NCBI RefSeq assembly: GCF_003790525.1
Contig: NZ_CP033636.1
DNA: 64,000 bases
DNA from: Escherichia coli
GTDB taxonomy: Bacteria > Pseudomonadota > Gammaproteobacteria > Enterobacterales > Enterobacteriaceae
Reading direction: 5' to 3' (one strand)
Shown: one piece after another, positions 41,177 to 53,584 of the stretch
How positions within the stretch are numbered: position 1 is the stretch's first letter
Layout of the letters: each line of letters starts with the position of its first letter
Made by a program: the position numbers and the translations under genes
The notes under the pieces: generated by a model
The model's input: only the letters and a program-made list of their open reading frames with translations
What the model was told of the DNA's origin: nothing
Database searches by the model: none

Positions 41177-41833
41177 TTAGTCAGGATAAACAACAATACC
41201 CAGTGCTTCGAGAATCAGTTCTTGCTGCCAGGCTGCAATTTTGATACCTGATGTATCGACTTTGCGGGGATCTAAACCGTCGAGTTCGGCGTGGCATAAA
41301 TTGGCACCCTGTAGGCTAAATTGCCCCCAGACATCTTCGGAAAAAACACCTCGACTTAAGTCTGACTCTTTCAGTGATGCACCCGCTAGGTTCGTTCCTA
41401 TCCAGCGATTTTCAAACAACTCACATTTTTCTAAACAAACCCTCTCCATATTGGCATAGGAAAGATTACATCCAGAAATAAATGCTGAGCAAAAGTACAT
41501 ACGATTACTCACTTGATGGGCAAAGTTTGTTCGGGAAAAGTTGGCACCTTTTAAATCACACGCACGGAACTCTATACCGTAGCAATTGGCATTACTGAAG
41601 TTTGCCATCGCAAGTTGGCATTGTTGGAAACTTGCATCACGAAGATCTGCGACATCAAAGTGGCAGCCTTCGATATCACCCTGTTCAATGAACTTGCAGT
41701 TGACGAATGTCGTATCACGCAAGTTAGCACGTCGAAAGTCGCTGCGAATGAATGTGCAAGCGGTGAAGGTGAGATCACTTAAGTCTTTATGTGAAAAGTT
41801 GTGGTGCCGATATGTATGATTGTAGGTTTCCAT
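41177..41833 (-). CDS. qnrS1: pentapeptide-repeat quinolone resistance protein QnrS1
   Basis: 218-aa METYNHTYRHHNFSHKDLSDLTFTACTFIRSDFRRANLRDTTFVNCKFIEQGDIEGCHFDVADLRDASFQQC... Confidence 0.95.
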   Translation of the reverse strand: METYNHTYRHHNFSHKDLSDLTFTACTFIRSDFRRANLRDTTFVNCKFIEQGDIEGCHFDVADLRDASFQQCQLAMANFSNANCYGIEFRACDLKGANFSRTNFAHQVSNRMYFCSAFISGCNLSYANMERVCLEKCELFENRWIGTNLAGASLKESDLSRGVFSEDVWGQFSLQGANLCHAELDGLDPRKVDTSGIKIAAWQQELILEALGIVVYPD

Positions 41834-42136
41834 GAGTACTCCTTGTTGAAAGGAGGGCTAGACTACCATTATACATATGCCAAGACATTAAAATAAAAGC
41901 CTGTTACATCAACACATTACAACCCCTCAATTTACCTGTTTTAAGTGGTCAAATTGGCGCGTAGAGCGCCTATCGCTCTTGCATTGGCACGCGGCCCTGT
42001 TGAAAAAAGTTATTCGCTTTAGATAGGGTTAGGAGAGCCGTGCTTCGCCGGTAAAAAATCGGACTATCCGACGCAGGGCGGACTCATCGGCGGAGAAGCA
42101 AACTTTGACTATATCTCCCTACACTTGGAAGAGGGC

Positions 42137-42847
42137 TAGACTGGCCCCATAGATCACCAGACACTTCGACTCTCTTAAAATAAGAGGTAGTCTTGGAACT
42201 ATGTTTAATACCAGTCAGAACGATAAGATGGTTGAAGTGTTATCAGGACCTGAGCGGCGTCGGCGTCGTACACCGCAGGAAAAAATTGCCATTATTCAGC
42301 AGACTATGGAGCCCGGTATGACCGTGTCTCATGTCGCGCGCCTGCATGGCATCAATGCAAACCAGATATTCAAATGGCGCAAGCAATATTAAGACGGTTC
42401 ACTGACGGCTGTTGCATCGGGCGAGGAAGTGGTGCCGGCCTCCGAACTCGCTGCCGCCAATAAGCAAATTCGCGAACTCCAGCGCCTTCTGGGCAAAAAG
42501 ACGATGGAAGCCGAGATACTCAAAGAGGCCGTGGAGTTCGGCCGGGCAAAAAAATGGATTGCGCATGCGCCCTCGTTGCCTGGGAACGACGAATAAGCGA
42601 CGTTTGCAGAAGTCTTAGCGTGTCGCGTGCGCAGTTGAGCATTCGGGTTCACCGGCCATCTGACTGACAGGATCGCAGACGGCAGCCCCGTTCTGACGAT
42701 ACCACCGTATTGTCCCGGATAAACATGGCGGTGGCTGACCTGCCGACGTATGGTTATCGCCGTGTGTGGGCGCTGCTGCGACGGGAGTCGGAGCGGGACG
42801 GCCTGCCTGTGGTTAATGCAAAGCGGGTGTATCGCATTATGAGAACG
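42137..42847 (+). mobile_element. IS3-family (IS2-group, ISEcl2-like) element fragment: left IR, orfA and 5' part of orfB, truncated by IS26
   Basis: Begins TAGACTGGCCCC...; orfA 42201-42392 [63 protein letters not shown]; downstream frames continue IS2-like OrfB. Confidence 0.7.
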
Positions 42848-43667
42848 GGCACTGTTGCAAATAGTCGGTGGTGATAAACTTATCATCCCCTTTTGCTGAT
42901 GGAGCTGCACATGAACCCATTCAAAGGCCGGCATTTTCAGCGTGACATCATTCTGTGGGCCGTACGCTGGTACTGCAAATACGGCATCAGTTACCGTGAG
43001 CTGCAGGAGATGCTGGCTGAACGCGGAGTGAATGTCGATCACTCCACGATTTACCGCTGGGTTCAGCGTTATGCGCCTGAAATGGAAAAACGGCTGCGCT
43101 GGTACTGGCGTAACCCTTCCGATCTTTGCCCGTGGCACATGGATGAAACCTACGTGAAGGTCAATGGCCGCTGGGCGTATCTGTACCGGGCCGTCGACAG
43201 CCGGGGCCGCACTGTCGATTTTTATCTCTCCTCCCGTCGTAACAGCAAAGCTGCATACCGGTTTCTGGGTAAAATCCTCAACAACGTGAAGAAGTGGCAG
43301 ATCCCGCGATTCATCAACACGGATAAAGCGCCCGCCTATGGTCGCGCGCTTGCTCTGCTCAAACGCGAAGGCCGGTGCCCGTCTGACGTTGAACACCGAC
43401 AGATTAAGTACCGGAACAACATGATTGAATGCGATCATGGCAAACTGAAACGGATAATCGGCGCCACGCTGGGATTTAAATCCATGAAGACGGCTTACGC
43501 CACCATCAAAGGTATTGAGGTGATGCGTGCACTACGCAAAGGCCAGGCCTCAGCATTTTATTATGGTGATCCCCTGGGCGAAATGCGCCTGGTAAGCAGA
43601 GTTTTTGAAATGTAAGGCCTTTGAATAAGACAAAAGGCTGCCTCATCGCTAACTTTGCAACAGTGCC
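42848..43667 (+). mobile_element. IS26 copy 5 (820 bp), V171M transposase variant
   Basis: Exact IS26 IRs; flanks tgagaacg / cactagtg. Confidence 0.95.
42911..43615 (+). CDS. tnpA: IS26 transposase, V171M ([10 protein letters not shown]), G184 form
   Basis: Single substitution relative to copies 1, 2, 6. Confidence 0.9.
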
Positions 43668-44673
43668 CACTAGTGAGGGGCGGCAGCGCATCAAGCGGTG
43701 AGCGCACTCCGGCACCGCCAACTTTCAGCACATGCGTGTAAATCATCGTCGTAGAGACGTCGGAATGGCCGAGCAGATCCTGCACGGTTCGAATGTCGTA
43801 ACCGCTGCGGAGCAAGGCCGTCGCGAACGAGTGGCGGAGGGTGTGCGGTGTGGCGGGCTTCGTGATGCCTGCTTGTTCTACGGCACGTTTGAAGGCGCGC
43901 TGAAAGGTCTGGTCATACATGTGATGGCGACGCACGACACCGCTCCGTGGATCGGTCGAATGCGTGTGCTGCGCAAAAACCCAGAACCACGGCCAGGAAT
44001 GCCCGGCGCGCGGATACTTCCGCTCAAGGGCGTCGGGAAGCGCAACGCCGCTGCGGCCCTCGGCCTGGTCCTTCAGCCACCATGCCCGTGCACGCGACAG
44101 CTGCTCGCGCAGGCTGGGTGCCAAGCTCTCGGGTAACATCAAGGCCCGATCCTTGGAGCCCTTGCCCTCCCGCACGATGATCGTGCCGTGATCGAAATCC
44201 AGATCCTTGACCCGCAGTTGCAAACCCTCACTGATCCGCATGCCCGTTCCATACAGAAGCTGGGCGAACAAACGATGCTCGCCTTCCAGAAAACCGAGGA
44301 TGCGAACCACTTCATCCGGGGTCAGCACCACCGGCAAGCGCCGCGACGGCCGAGGTCTTCCGATCTCCTGAAGCCAGGGCAGATCCGTGCACAGCACCTT
44401 GCCGTAGAAGAACAGCAAGGCCGCCAATGCCTGACGATGCGTGGAGACCGAAACCTTGCGCTCGTTCGCCAGCCAGGACAGAAATGCCTCGACTTCGCTG
44501 CTGCCCAAGGTTGCCGGGTGACGCACACCGTGGAAACGGATGAAGGCACGAACCCAGTGGACATAAGCCTGTTCGGTTCGTAAGCTGTAATGCAAGTAGC
44601 GTATGCGCTCACGCAACTGGTCCAGAACCTTGACCGAACGCAGCGGTGGTAACGGCGCAGTGGCGGTTTTCAT
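43668..44673 (-). CDS. intI1: class 1 integron integrase IntI1 (last ~2 codons replaced by IS26 junction)
   Basis: [19 protein letters not shown]...[20 protein letters not shown] then reads into IS26. Confidence 0.9.
44558..44586 (+). promoter_or_regulatory. Pc cassette promoter, PcW configuration
   Basis: TGGACA-17 bp-TAAGCT within intI1 coding region. Confidence 0.6.
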
Positions 44674-44845
44674 GGCTTGTTATGACTGTTTTTTTGTACA
44701 GTCTATGCCTCGGGCATCCAAGCAGCAAGCGCGTTACGCCGTGGGTCGATGTTTGATGTTATGGAGCAGCAACGATGTTACGCAGCAGGGCAGTCGCCCT
44801 AAAACAAAGTTATGCAGCCAAATCCCAACAATTAAGGGTCTTAAA
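44674..44845. other. attI1 region of integron 2 (approximate)
   Basis: Between intI1 start and first cassette ATG. Confidence 0.55.
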
Positions 44846-45298
44846 ATGGTAAAAGATTGGATTCCCATCTCTCATGATAATTACAAGCAGGTGCAAGGAC
44901 CGTTCTATCATGGAACCAAAGCCAATTTGGCGATTGGTGACTTGCTAACCACAGGGTTCATCTCTCATTTCGAGGACGGTCGTATTCTTAAGCACATCTA
45001 CTTTTCAGCCTTGATGGAGCCAGCAGTTTGGGGAGCTGAACTTGCTATGTCACTGTCTGGCCTCGAGGGTCGCGGCTACATATACATAGTTGAGCCAACA
45101 GGACCGTTCGAAGACGATCCGAATCTTACGAACAAAAAATTTCCCGGTAATCCAACACAGTCCTATAGAACCTGCGAACCCTTGAGAATTGTTGGCGTTG
45201 TTGAAGACTGGGAGGGGCATCCTGTTGAATTAATAAGGGGAATGTTGGATTCGTTAGAGGACTTAAAGCGCCGTGGTTTACACGTCATTGAAGACTAG
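44846..45298 (+). CDS. arr-2: rifampin ADP-ribosyltransferase Arr (arr-2/arr-3 group)
   Basis: 150-aa MVKDWIPISHDNYKQVQGPFYHGTKANLAIGDLLTTGFISHFEDGRILKHIYFSALMEP...; allele number not verifiable here, arr-2 guessed from the cmlA-blaOXA-10-aadA1 array. Confidence 0.8.
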   Translation: MVKDWIPISHDNYKQVQGPFYHGTKANLAIGDLLTTGFISHFEDGRILKHIYFSALMEPAVWGAELAMSLSGLEGRGYIYIVEPTGPFEDDPNLTNKKFPGNPTQSYRTCEPLRIVGVVEDWEGHPVELIRGMLDSLEDLKRRGLHVIED

Positions 45299-45490
45299 TC
45301 CTTTGCATAACAAAGCCATCAAACCGGACGCCAGAGATTCCGCGCCTGTTGCGCATGGCTTCGCCATTTTATGCGCAATAGGCGCGCCACCCTGTCGCCG
45401 TTTATGGCGGCGTTGGGCGCACAATAAGGCTCCTCGCAGAGTTGCTTGAAAGTTGTTACGATTCAAATTCAATCATGAGATAGTCAGCAG

Positions 45491-45520
45491 ATGAGCACTT
45501 CCAAGAACGCAGACAAGTAA
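45491..45520 (+). CDS. cmlA leader peptide (translation attenuation)
   Basis: ATGAGCACTTCCAAGAACGCAGACAAGTAA encodes MSTSKNADK, upstream of cmlA SD AAGGAG. Confidence 0.6.
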   Translation: MSTSKNADK

Positions 45521-45618
45521 GCCGCAGCAACCTTCATTTTTCGGTTGTTGCGGCGTTCTCATGAATCCTTTTGCTCTACGGGAGCGCCGCCAAATCCTTT
45601 GTTCAAGGAGATGGTTTC

Positions 45619-46878
45619 GTGCGCTCAAAAAACTTTAGTTGGCGGTACTCCCTTGCCGCCACGGTGTTGTTGTTATCACCGTTCGATTTATTGGCATCAC
45701 TCGGCATGGACATGTACTTGCCAGCAGTGCCGTTTATGCCAAACGCGCTTGGTACGACAGCGAGCACAATTCAGCTTACGCTGACAACGTACTTGGTCAT
45801 GATTGGTGCCGGTCAGCTCTTGTTTGGACCGCTATCGGACCGACTGGGGCGCCGCCCCGTTCTACTGGGAGGTGGCCTCGCCTACGTTGTGGCGTCAATG
45901 GGCCTCGCTCTTACGTCATCGGCTGAAGTCTTTCTGGGGCTTCGGATTCTTCAGGCTTGTGGTGCCTCGGCGTGCCTTGTTTCCACATTTGCAACAGTAC
46001 GTGACATTTACGCAGGTCGCGAGGAAAGTAATGTCATTTACGGCATACTCGGATCCATGCTGGCCATGGTCCCGGCGGTAGGCCCATTGCTCGGAGCGCT
46101 CGTCGACATGTGGCTTGGGTGGCGGGCTATCTTTGCGTTTCTAGGTTTGGGCATGATCGCTGCATCTGCAGCAGCGTGGCGATTCTGGCCTGAAACCCGG
46201 GTGCAACGAGTTGCGGGCTTGCAATGGTCGCAGCTGCTACTCCCCGTTAAGTGCCTGAACTTCTGGTTGTACACGTTGTGTTACGCCGCTGGAATGGGTA
46301 GCTTCTTCGTCTTTTTCTCCATTGCGCCCGGACTAATGATGGGCAGGCAAGGTGTGTCTCAGCTTGGCTTCAGCCTGCTGTTCGCCACAGTGGCAATTGC
46401 CATGGTGTTTACGGCTCGTTTTATGGGGCGTGTGATACCCAAGTGGGGCAGCCCAAGTGTCTTGCGAATGGGAATGGGATGCCTGATAGCTGGAGCAGTA
46501 TTGCTTGCCATCACCGAAATATGGGCTTCGCAGTCCGTGTTAGGCTTTATTGCTCCAATGTGGCTAGTGGGTATTGGTGTCGCCACAGCGGTATCTGTGT
46601 CGCCCAATGGCGCTCTTCGAGGATTCGACCATGTTGCTGGAACGGTCACGGCAGTCTACTTCTGCTTGGGCGGTGTACTGCTAGGAAGCATCGGAACGTT
46701 GATCATTTCGCTGTTGCCGCGCAACACGGCTTGGCCGGTTGTCGTGTACTGTTTGACCCTTGCAACAGTCGTGCTCGGTCTGTCTTGTGTTTCCCGAGTG
46801 AAGGGCTCTCGCGGCCAGGGGGAGCATGATGTGGTCGCGCTACAAAGTGCGGAAAGTACATCAAATCCCAATCGTTGA
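45619..46878 (+). CDS. cmlA: chloramphenicol efflux MFS transporter CmlA (cmlA5-like), GTG start
   Basis: VRSKNFSWRYSLAATVLLLSPFDLLASLGMDMYLPAVPFMPNALGTTASTIQLTLTTYLVMIGAGQLLFGPLSDRLGRRPVLL... Confidence 0.9.
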   Translation: MRSKNFSWRYSLAATVLLLSPFDLLASLGMDMYLPAVPFMPNALGTTASTIQLTLTTYLVMIGAGQLLFGPLSDRLGRRPVLLGGGLAYVVASMGLALTSSAEVFLGLRILQACGASACLVSTFATVRDIYAGREESNVIYGILGSMLAMVPAVGPLLGALVDMWLGWRAIFAFLGLGMIAASAAAWRFWPETRVQRVAGLQWSQLLLPVKCLNFWLYTLCYAAGMGSFFVFFSIAPGLMMGRQGVSQLGFSLLFATVAIAMVFTARFMGRVIPKWGSPSVLRMGMGCLIAGAVLLAITEIWASQSVLGFIAPMWLVGIGVATAVSVSPNGALRGFDHVAGTVTAVYFCLGGVLLGSIGTLIISLLPRNTAWPVVVYCLTLATVVLGLSCVSRVKGSRGQGEHDVVALQSAESTSNPNR

Positions 46879-47142
46879 GAGAATGTGGCAAGCTATCGCC
46901 CAACAAATCGCTGCAGCCGACCCAAAACCGCTACGCGGTTTCGGTCGGCTGAGCTCAGGCGTTAGGCCTCGCCGAAGCGAAAGATCGCTACTTGAAGTGT
47001 TGACGCCTTTGTTTTAAAGTTTCGCGTCTATCTTTCTGATTTTGTTAAAAAATCAGACTTTGATTAATCATGTTAGACGTCAGAGGTATTTTGACTTAAA
47101 CGCCTCTGAGGTCGAATTAACGTTAGCCACCAAGAAGGTGCC

Positions 47143-47943
47143 ATGAAAACATTTGCCGCATATGTAATTATCGCGTGTCTTTCGAGTACGGCATTAGCTG
47201 GTTCAATTACAGAAAATACGTCTTGGAACAAAGAGTTCTCTGCCGAAGCCGTCAATGGTGTCTTCGTGCTTTGTAAAAGTAGCAGTAAATCCTGCGCTAC
47301 CAATGACTTAGCTCGTGCATCAAAGGAATATCTTCCAGCATCAACATTTAAGATCCCCAACGCAATTATCGGCCTAGAAACTGGTGTCATAAAGAATGAG
47401 CATCAGGTTTTCAAATGGGACGGAAAGCCAAGAGCCATGAAGCAATGGGAAAGAGACTTGACCTTAAGAGGGGCAATACAAGTTTCAGCTGTTCCCGTAT
47501 TTCAACAAATCGCCAGAGAAGTTGGCGAAGTAAGAATGCAGAAATACCTTAAAAAATTTTCCTATGGCAACCAGAATATCAGTGGTGGCATTGACAAATT
47601 CTGGTTGGAAGGCCAGCTTAGAATTTCCGCAGTTAATCAAGTGGAGTTTCTAGAGTCTCTATATTTAAATAAATTGTCAGCATCTAAAGAAAACCAGCTA
47701 ATAGTAAAAGAGGCTTTGGTAACGGAGGCGGCACCTGAATATCTAGTGCATTCAAAAACTGGTTTTTCTGGTGTGGGAACTGAGTCAAATCCTGGTGTCG
47801 CATGGTGGGTTGGGTGGGTTGAGAAGGAGACAGAGGTTTACTTTTTCGCCTTTAACATGGATATAGACAACGAAAGTAAGTTGCCGCTAAGAAAATCCAT
47901 TCCCACCAAAATCATGGAAAGTGAGGGCATCATTGGTGGCTAA
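47143..47943 (+). CDS. blaOXA-10: class D beta-lactamase OXA-10 type
   Basis: 266-aa [81 protein letters not shown]... Confidence 0.9.
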   Translation: MKTFAAYVIIACLSSTALAGSITENTSWNKEFSAEAVNGVFVLCKSSSKSCATNDLARASKEYLPASTFKIPNAIIGLETGVIKNEHQVFKWDGKPRAMKQWERDLTLRGAIQVSAVPVFQQIAREVGEVRMQKYLKKFSYGNQNISGGIDKFWLEGQLRISAVNQVEFLESLYLNKLSASKENQLIVKEALVTEAAPEYLVHSKTGFSGVGTESNPGVAWWVGWVEKETEVYFFAFNMDIDNESKLPLRKSIPTKIMESEGIIGG

Positions 47944-47959
47944 AACAAAGTTAAACATC

Positions 47960-48751
47960 ATGAGGGAAGTGGTGATCGCCGAAGTATCGACTCAACTATC
48001 AGAGGTAGTTGGCGTCATCGAGCGCCATCTCGAACCGACGTTGCTGGCCGTACATTTGTACGGCTCCGCAGTGGATGGCGGCCTGAAGCCACACAGTGAT
48101 ATTGATTTGCTGGTTACGGTGACCGTAAGGCTTGATGAAACAACGCGGCGAGCTTTGATCAACGACCTTTTGGAAACTTCGGCTTCCCCTGGAGAGAGCG
48201 AGATTCTCCGCGCTGTAGAAGTCACCATTGTTGTGCACGACGACATCATTCCGTGGCGTTATCCAGCTAAGCGCGAACTGCAATTTGGAGAATGGCAGCG
48301 CAATGACATTCTTGCAGGTATCTTCGAGCCAGCCACGATCGACATTGATCTGGCTATCTTGCTGACAAAAGCAAGAGAACATAGCGTTGCCTTGGTAGGT
48401 CCAGCGGCGGAGGAACTCTTTGATCCGGTTCCTGAACAGGATCTATTTGAGGCGCTAAATGAAACCTTAACGCTATGGAACTCGCCGCCCGACTGGGCTG
48501 GCGATGAGCGAAATGTAGTGCTTACGTTGTCCCGCATTTGGTACAGCGCAGTAACCGGCAAAATCGCGCCGAAGGATGTCGCTGCCGACTGGGCAATGGA
48601 GCGCCTGCCGGCCCAGTATCAGCCCGTCATACTTGAAGCTAGACAGGCTTATCTTGGACAAGAAGAAGATCGCTTGGCCTCGCGCGCAGATCAGTTGGAA
48701 GAATTTGTTCACTACGTGAAAGGCGAGATCACCAAGGTAGTCGGCAAATAA
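47960..48751 (+). CDS. aadA1: aminoglycoside (3'') adenylyltransferase AadA1 type
   Basis: MREVVIAEVSTQLSEVVGVIERHLEPTLLAVHLYGSAVDGGLKPHSDIDLLVTVTVRLDE...EFVHYVKGEITKVVGK. Confidence 0.9.
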   Translation: MREVVIAEVSTQLSEVVGVIERHLEPTLLAVHLYGSAVDGGLKPHSDIDLLVTVTVRLDETTRRALINDLLETSASPGESEILRAVEVTIVVHDDIIPWRYPAKRELQFGEWQRNDILAGIFEPATIDIDLAILLTKAREHSVALVGPAAEELFDPVPEQDLFEALNETLTLWNSPPDWAGDERNVVLTLSRIWYSAVTGKIAPKDVAADWAMERLPAQYQPVILEARQAYLGQEEDRLASRADQLEEFVHYVKGEITKVVGK

Positions 48752-48752
48752 T

Positions 48753-48812
48753 GTCTAACAATTCGTTCAAGCCGACGCCGCTTCGCGGCGCGGCTTAACT
48801 CAAGCGTTAACC
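48753..48812 (+). other. attC (59-be) of aadA1 cassette
   Basis: TGTCTAACAATTCGTTCAAGCCGACGCCGCTTCGCGGCGCGGCTTAACTCAAGCGTTAAC. Confidence 0.6.
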
Positions 48813-48816
48813 CAGG

Positions 48817-49299
48817 ATGAGAACCTTGAAAGTATCATTGATGGCTGCGAAAGCGAAAAACGGCGTGATTGGTTGCGGTCCAGACATACCCTGGTCCGCG
48901 AAAGGGGAGCAGCTACTTTTTAAAGCATTGACCTACAATCAGTGGCTTCTGGTGGGTCGCAAGACGTTTGAATCTATGGGCGCACTCCCCAATAGGAAAT
49001 ACGCGGTCGTTACCCGCTCAGGTTGGACATCAAATGATGACAATGTAGTTGTATTTCAGTCAATCGAAGAGGCCATGGACAGGCTAGCTGAATTCACCGG
49101 TCACGTTATAGTGTCTGGTGGCGGAGAAATTTACCGAGAAACATTACCCATGGCCTCTACGCTCCACTTATCGACGATCGACATCGAGCCAGAGGGGGAT
49201 GTTTTCTTCCCGAGTATTCCAAATACCTTCGAAGTTGTTTTTGAGCAACACTTTACTTCAAACATTAACTATTGCTATCAAATTTGGAAAAAGGGTTAA
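48817..49299 (+). CDS. dfrA14: trimethoprim-resistant dihydrofolate reductase DfrA14
   Basis: [80 protein letters not shown]... Confidence 0.9.
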   Translation: MRTLKVSLMAAKAKNGVIGCGPDIPWSAKGEQLLFKALTYNQWLLVGRKTFESMGALPNRKYAVVTRSGWTSNDDNVVVFQSIEEAMDRLAEFTGHVIVSGGGEIYRETLPMASTLHLSTIDIEPEGDVFFPSIPNTFEVVFEQHFTSNINYCYQIWKKG

Positions 49300-49482
49300 C
49301 AAAGCTATGCAATCGACGGCAAAAAGCTTCGTTCGCTTCGCGCACTACGCCTTTTCCGCGATTGATAGCGACGTTATGTGAATATTGAAATGAGCATTCC
49401 AAAGAAAGGAAGTAGAAAAATTATCGTGGGCGAAAATGAGTTTTTGTGGCTCATTAGGTCAAAACTCACATATTCGCAGGAC

Positions 49483-50721
<1,239 letters not shown>

Positions 50722-50830
50722 CTGTCAGACCAAGTTTACTCATATATACTTTAGATTGATTTAAAACTTCATTTTTAATTTAAAAGGATCTAGGTGAAGA
50801 TCCTTTTTGATAATCTCATGACCAAAATCC

Positions 50831-50868
50831 CTTAACGTGAGTTTTCGTTCCACTGAGCGTCAGACCCC
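50831..50868 (-). repeat. Tn3/Tn2 38-bp IRR (second copy)
   Basis: CTTAACGTGAGTTTTCGTTCCACTGAGCGTCAGACCCC, followed directly by tet(A) internal sequence. Confidence 0.9.
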
Positions 50869-51770
50869 ATATCGGGCGGATCGTGGCCGGCATCACCGGG
50901 GCGACTGGGGCGGTAGCCGGCGCTTATATTGCCGATATCACTGATGGCGATGAGCGCGCGCGGCACTTCGGCTTCATGAGCGCCTGTTTCGGGTTCGGGA
51001 TGGTCGCGGGACCTGTGCTCGGTGGGCTGATGGGCGGTTTCTCCCCCCACGCTCCGTTCTTCGCCGCGGCAGCCTTGAACGGCCTCAATTTCCTGACGGG
51101 CTGTTTCCTTTTGCCGGAGTCGCACAAAGGCGAACGCCGGCCGTTACGCCGGGAGGCTCTCAACCCGCTCGCTTCGTTCCGGTGGGCCCGGGGCATGACC
51201 GTCGTCGCCGCCCTGATGGCGGTCTTCTTCATCATGCAACTTGTCGGACAGGTGCCGGCCGCGCTTTGGGTCATTTTCGGCGAGGATCGCTTTCACTGGG
51301 ACGCGACCACGATCGGCATTTCGCTTGCCGCATTTGGCATTCTGCATTCACTCGCCCAGGCAATGATCACCGGCCCTGTAGCCGCCCGGCTCGGCGAAAG
51401 GCGGGCACTCATGCTCGGAATGATTGCCGACGGCACAGGCTACATCCTGCTTGCCTTCGCGACACGGGGATGGATGGCGTTCCCGATCATGGTCCTGCTT
51501 GCTTCGGGTGGCATCGGAATGCCGGCGCTGCAAGCAATGTTGTCCAGGCAGGTGGATGAGGAACGTCAGGGGCAGCTGCAAGGCTCACTGGCGGCGCTCA
51601 CCAGCCTGACCTCGATCGTCGGACCCCTCCTCTTCACGGCGATCTATGCGGCTTCTATAACAACGTGGAACGGGTGGGCATGGATTGCAGGCGCTGCCCT
51701 CTACTTGCTCTGCCTGCCGGCGCTGCGTCGCGGGCTTTGGAGAAATTCTTCAAATTCCCGTTGCACATAG
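50869..51770 (+). pseudogene. tet(A): tet(A) fragment lacking ~124 N-terminal codons, with altered 3' end
   Basis: Starts ...IGRIVAGITGATGAVAGAYIADITDG...; ends ...LPALRRGLWRNSSNSRCT instead of ...LWSGAGQRADR; one internal difference from full copy (MTVVAAL vs MTVAAAL). Confidence 0.9.
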
Positions 51771-52342
51771 CCCGGCAATTCCTTTCCCTGCTCTGCCATA
51801 AGCGCAGCGAATGCCGGGTAATACTCGTCAACGATCTGATAGAGAAGGGTTTGCTCGGGTCGGTGGCTCTGGTAACGACCAGTATCCCGATCCCGGCTGG
51901 CCGTCCTGGCCGCCACATGAGGCATGTTCCGCGTCCTTGCAATACTGTGTTTACATACAGTCTATCGCTTAGCGGAAAGTTCTTTTACCCTCAGCCGAAA
52001 TGCCTGCCGTTGCTAGACATTGCCAGCCAGTGCCCGTCACTCCGCGGTCTTCACTGCGTGATCGAGTTGATCGACACCCGCCGTGACACGCTCCATGAAG
52101 TGCCTGCCTGCGTCTGTTAGCCGAACGCCCCGCGCATGGCGCTCAAATAGCAGGACACCAAGGTTATCCTCCAGCGCTTTCACACGCGCGCTGACGCTCG
52201 ACTGGCTGATACCAAGTGCCTTGGCCGCATGCCGAAAATTCAGATGCTCGGCGACGGCGATGAACTGAACAAGGGAAATGAGCGGTATCCTGCCAGACAG
52301 GATACCGACATTCACGAGGTTTCGATGGTTAGTGCGCCGCAT
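51771..52342 (-). pseudogene. truncated LysR-family regulator gene downstream of floR
   Basis: 101-aa ORF 52037-52342 carries the N-terminal HTH (…ISLVQFIAVAEHLNFRHAAKALGISQSSVSARVKALEDNLGVLLFERHARGVRLTDAG…); effector domain missing. Confidence 0.6.
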
Positions 52343-52369
52343 CGGAGCGGGCCTGCTACCAGTCGTCGG

Positions 52370-53584
52370 TTAGACGACTGGCGACTTCTCGGTGGCAGCC
52401 CCACGGAGCCGAAGGAGCACCAGCCCCAACGAAACCAGTACCGCCATCGCCGTGGCGTAACAGATCACGGGCCACGCTGTGTCACCGTTTAAAAGTGCCA
52501 CCGCCAATGTCCCGACAATGCTGACTATCAGGCTTTGAACGCAGAAGTAGAACGCGACCGCTGATCCCGCGATGTCGTCGAACTCTGCCAAAGCGCCGTT
52601 CGCGGTAACGGACACCGTGAAGACAATACCGACCGCGACAACCCACATCGGTAGGATGAAGGTGAGGAATGACGGCGAGCCGTAAAGTTCGCCGATCCCC
52701 AACAGGACCGCTCCGCAAACAAGCAACGCCATCCCACGCGCCACGCATCCTGCGATGCCCCATCTGGCGACAAAGGACTTCGCGAAACGGGTTGTCACGA
52801 TCATTACAAGCGCGACAGTGGCGAAGGCAAAGCTGAATCCGATCTCGGAATATTCCGCTTGGCCTATGAGCACACGGGTAGCCGTCGAGAAGAAGACGAA
52901 GTAGGTGCCCATACCGGCGCTAAAGCCGACAGTGTAAACCCAAAAAGCCGGACTCGCGAAGATCGGCAAGACAGATCGGCGCGTCTTGACTTGATCCAGA
53001 GGGCGGGTTTCGTGCCACCTGAAACCCGCATTTAGGAGTGCGAGCATCGCCAGTATAGCCAAAGTAATGAATATCGCCTGCCATCCCAAGAACTCGCCGA
53101 TCAATGCTCCGGCGATAGGGCCGAGCGCAGGCACGAACGCCAGCATCGAACTGAAAAGGCCGTAGATGACGACACCCTCAGGACGGTTGGCATAAACGTC
53201 GCGAACCGTCGCGAACGTCGCCACCAGCATGGCCGACGCGCCCACTGCTTGAAGTAGACGGAAAGCGACAAAGGCCGGTGCAGTTGAAGACCAAGCTGCT
53301 CCCAGAGACGCAATGACGAAAGCCGTTGCGCCCGCAAGTAGAATTGGCCGTCGCCCGATTCTGTCTGAGAGCGGACCAAAAATCACCTGGCCCACGCCGA
53401 GCATCACCATATAGAGGCTCAACGTGAGTTGGATCATAGCGGGCGTCGTGTTCAGGATGCCGGGCATCGCTGGAACGACAGGGAGATAAATATCCATCGC
53501 CAGTGAAGCGAGGATGTCGAAAGGAGCCATCAGCAGCAGTGCTGCCGGCAGCGTATAGGCCCACGCGGGGCGTGTGGTGGTCAT
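52370..53584 (-). CDS. floR: florfenicol/chloramphenicol efflux MFS transporter FloR
   Basis: 404-aa MTTTRPAWAYTLPAALLLMAPFDILASLAMDIYLPVVPAMPGILNTTPAMIQLTLSLYMVMLGVGQVIFGPLSDRIGRRP... Confidence 0.95.
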   Translation of the reverse strand: MTTTRPAWAYTLPAALLLMAPFDILASLAMDIYLPVVPAMPGILNTTPAMIQLTLSLYMVMLGVGQVIFGPLSDRIGRRPILLAGATAFVIASLGAAWSSTAPAFVAFRLLQAVGASAMLVATFATVRDVYANRPEGVVIYGLFSSMLAFVPALGPIAGALIGEFLGWQAIFITLAILAMLALLNAGFRWHETRPLDQVKTRRSVLPIFASPAFWVYTVGFSAGMGTYFVFFSTATRVLIGQAEYSEIGFSFAFATVALVMIVTTRFAKSFVARWGIAGCVARGMALLVCGAVLLGIGELYGSPSFLTFILPMWVVAVGIVFTVSVTANGALAEFDDIAGSAVAFYFCVQSLIVSIVGTLAVALLNGDTAWPVICYATAMAVLVSLGLVLLRLRGAATEKSPVV

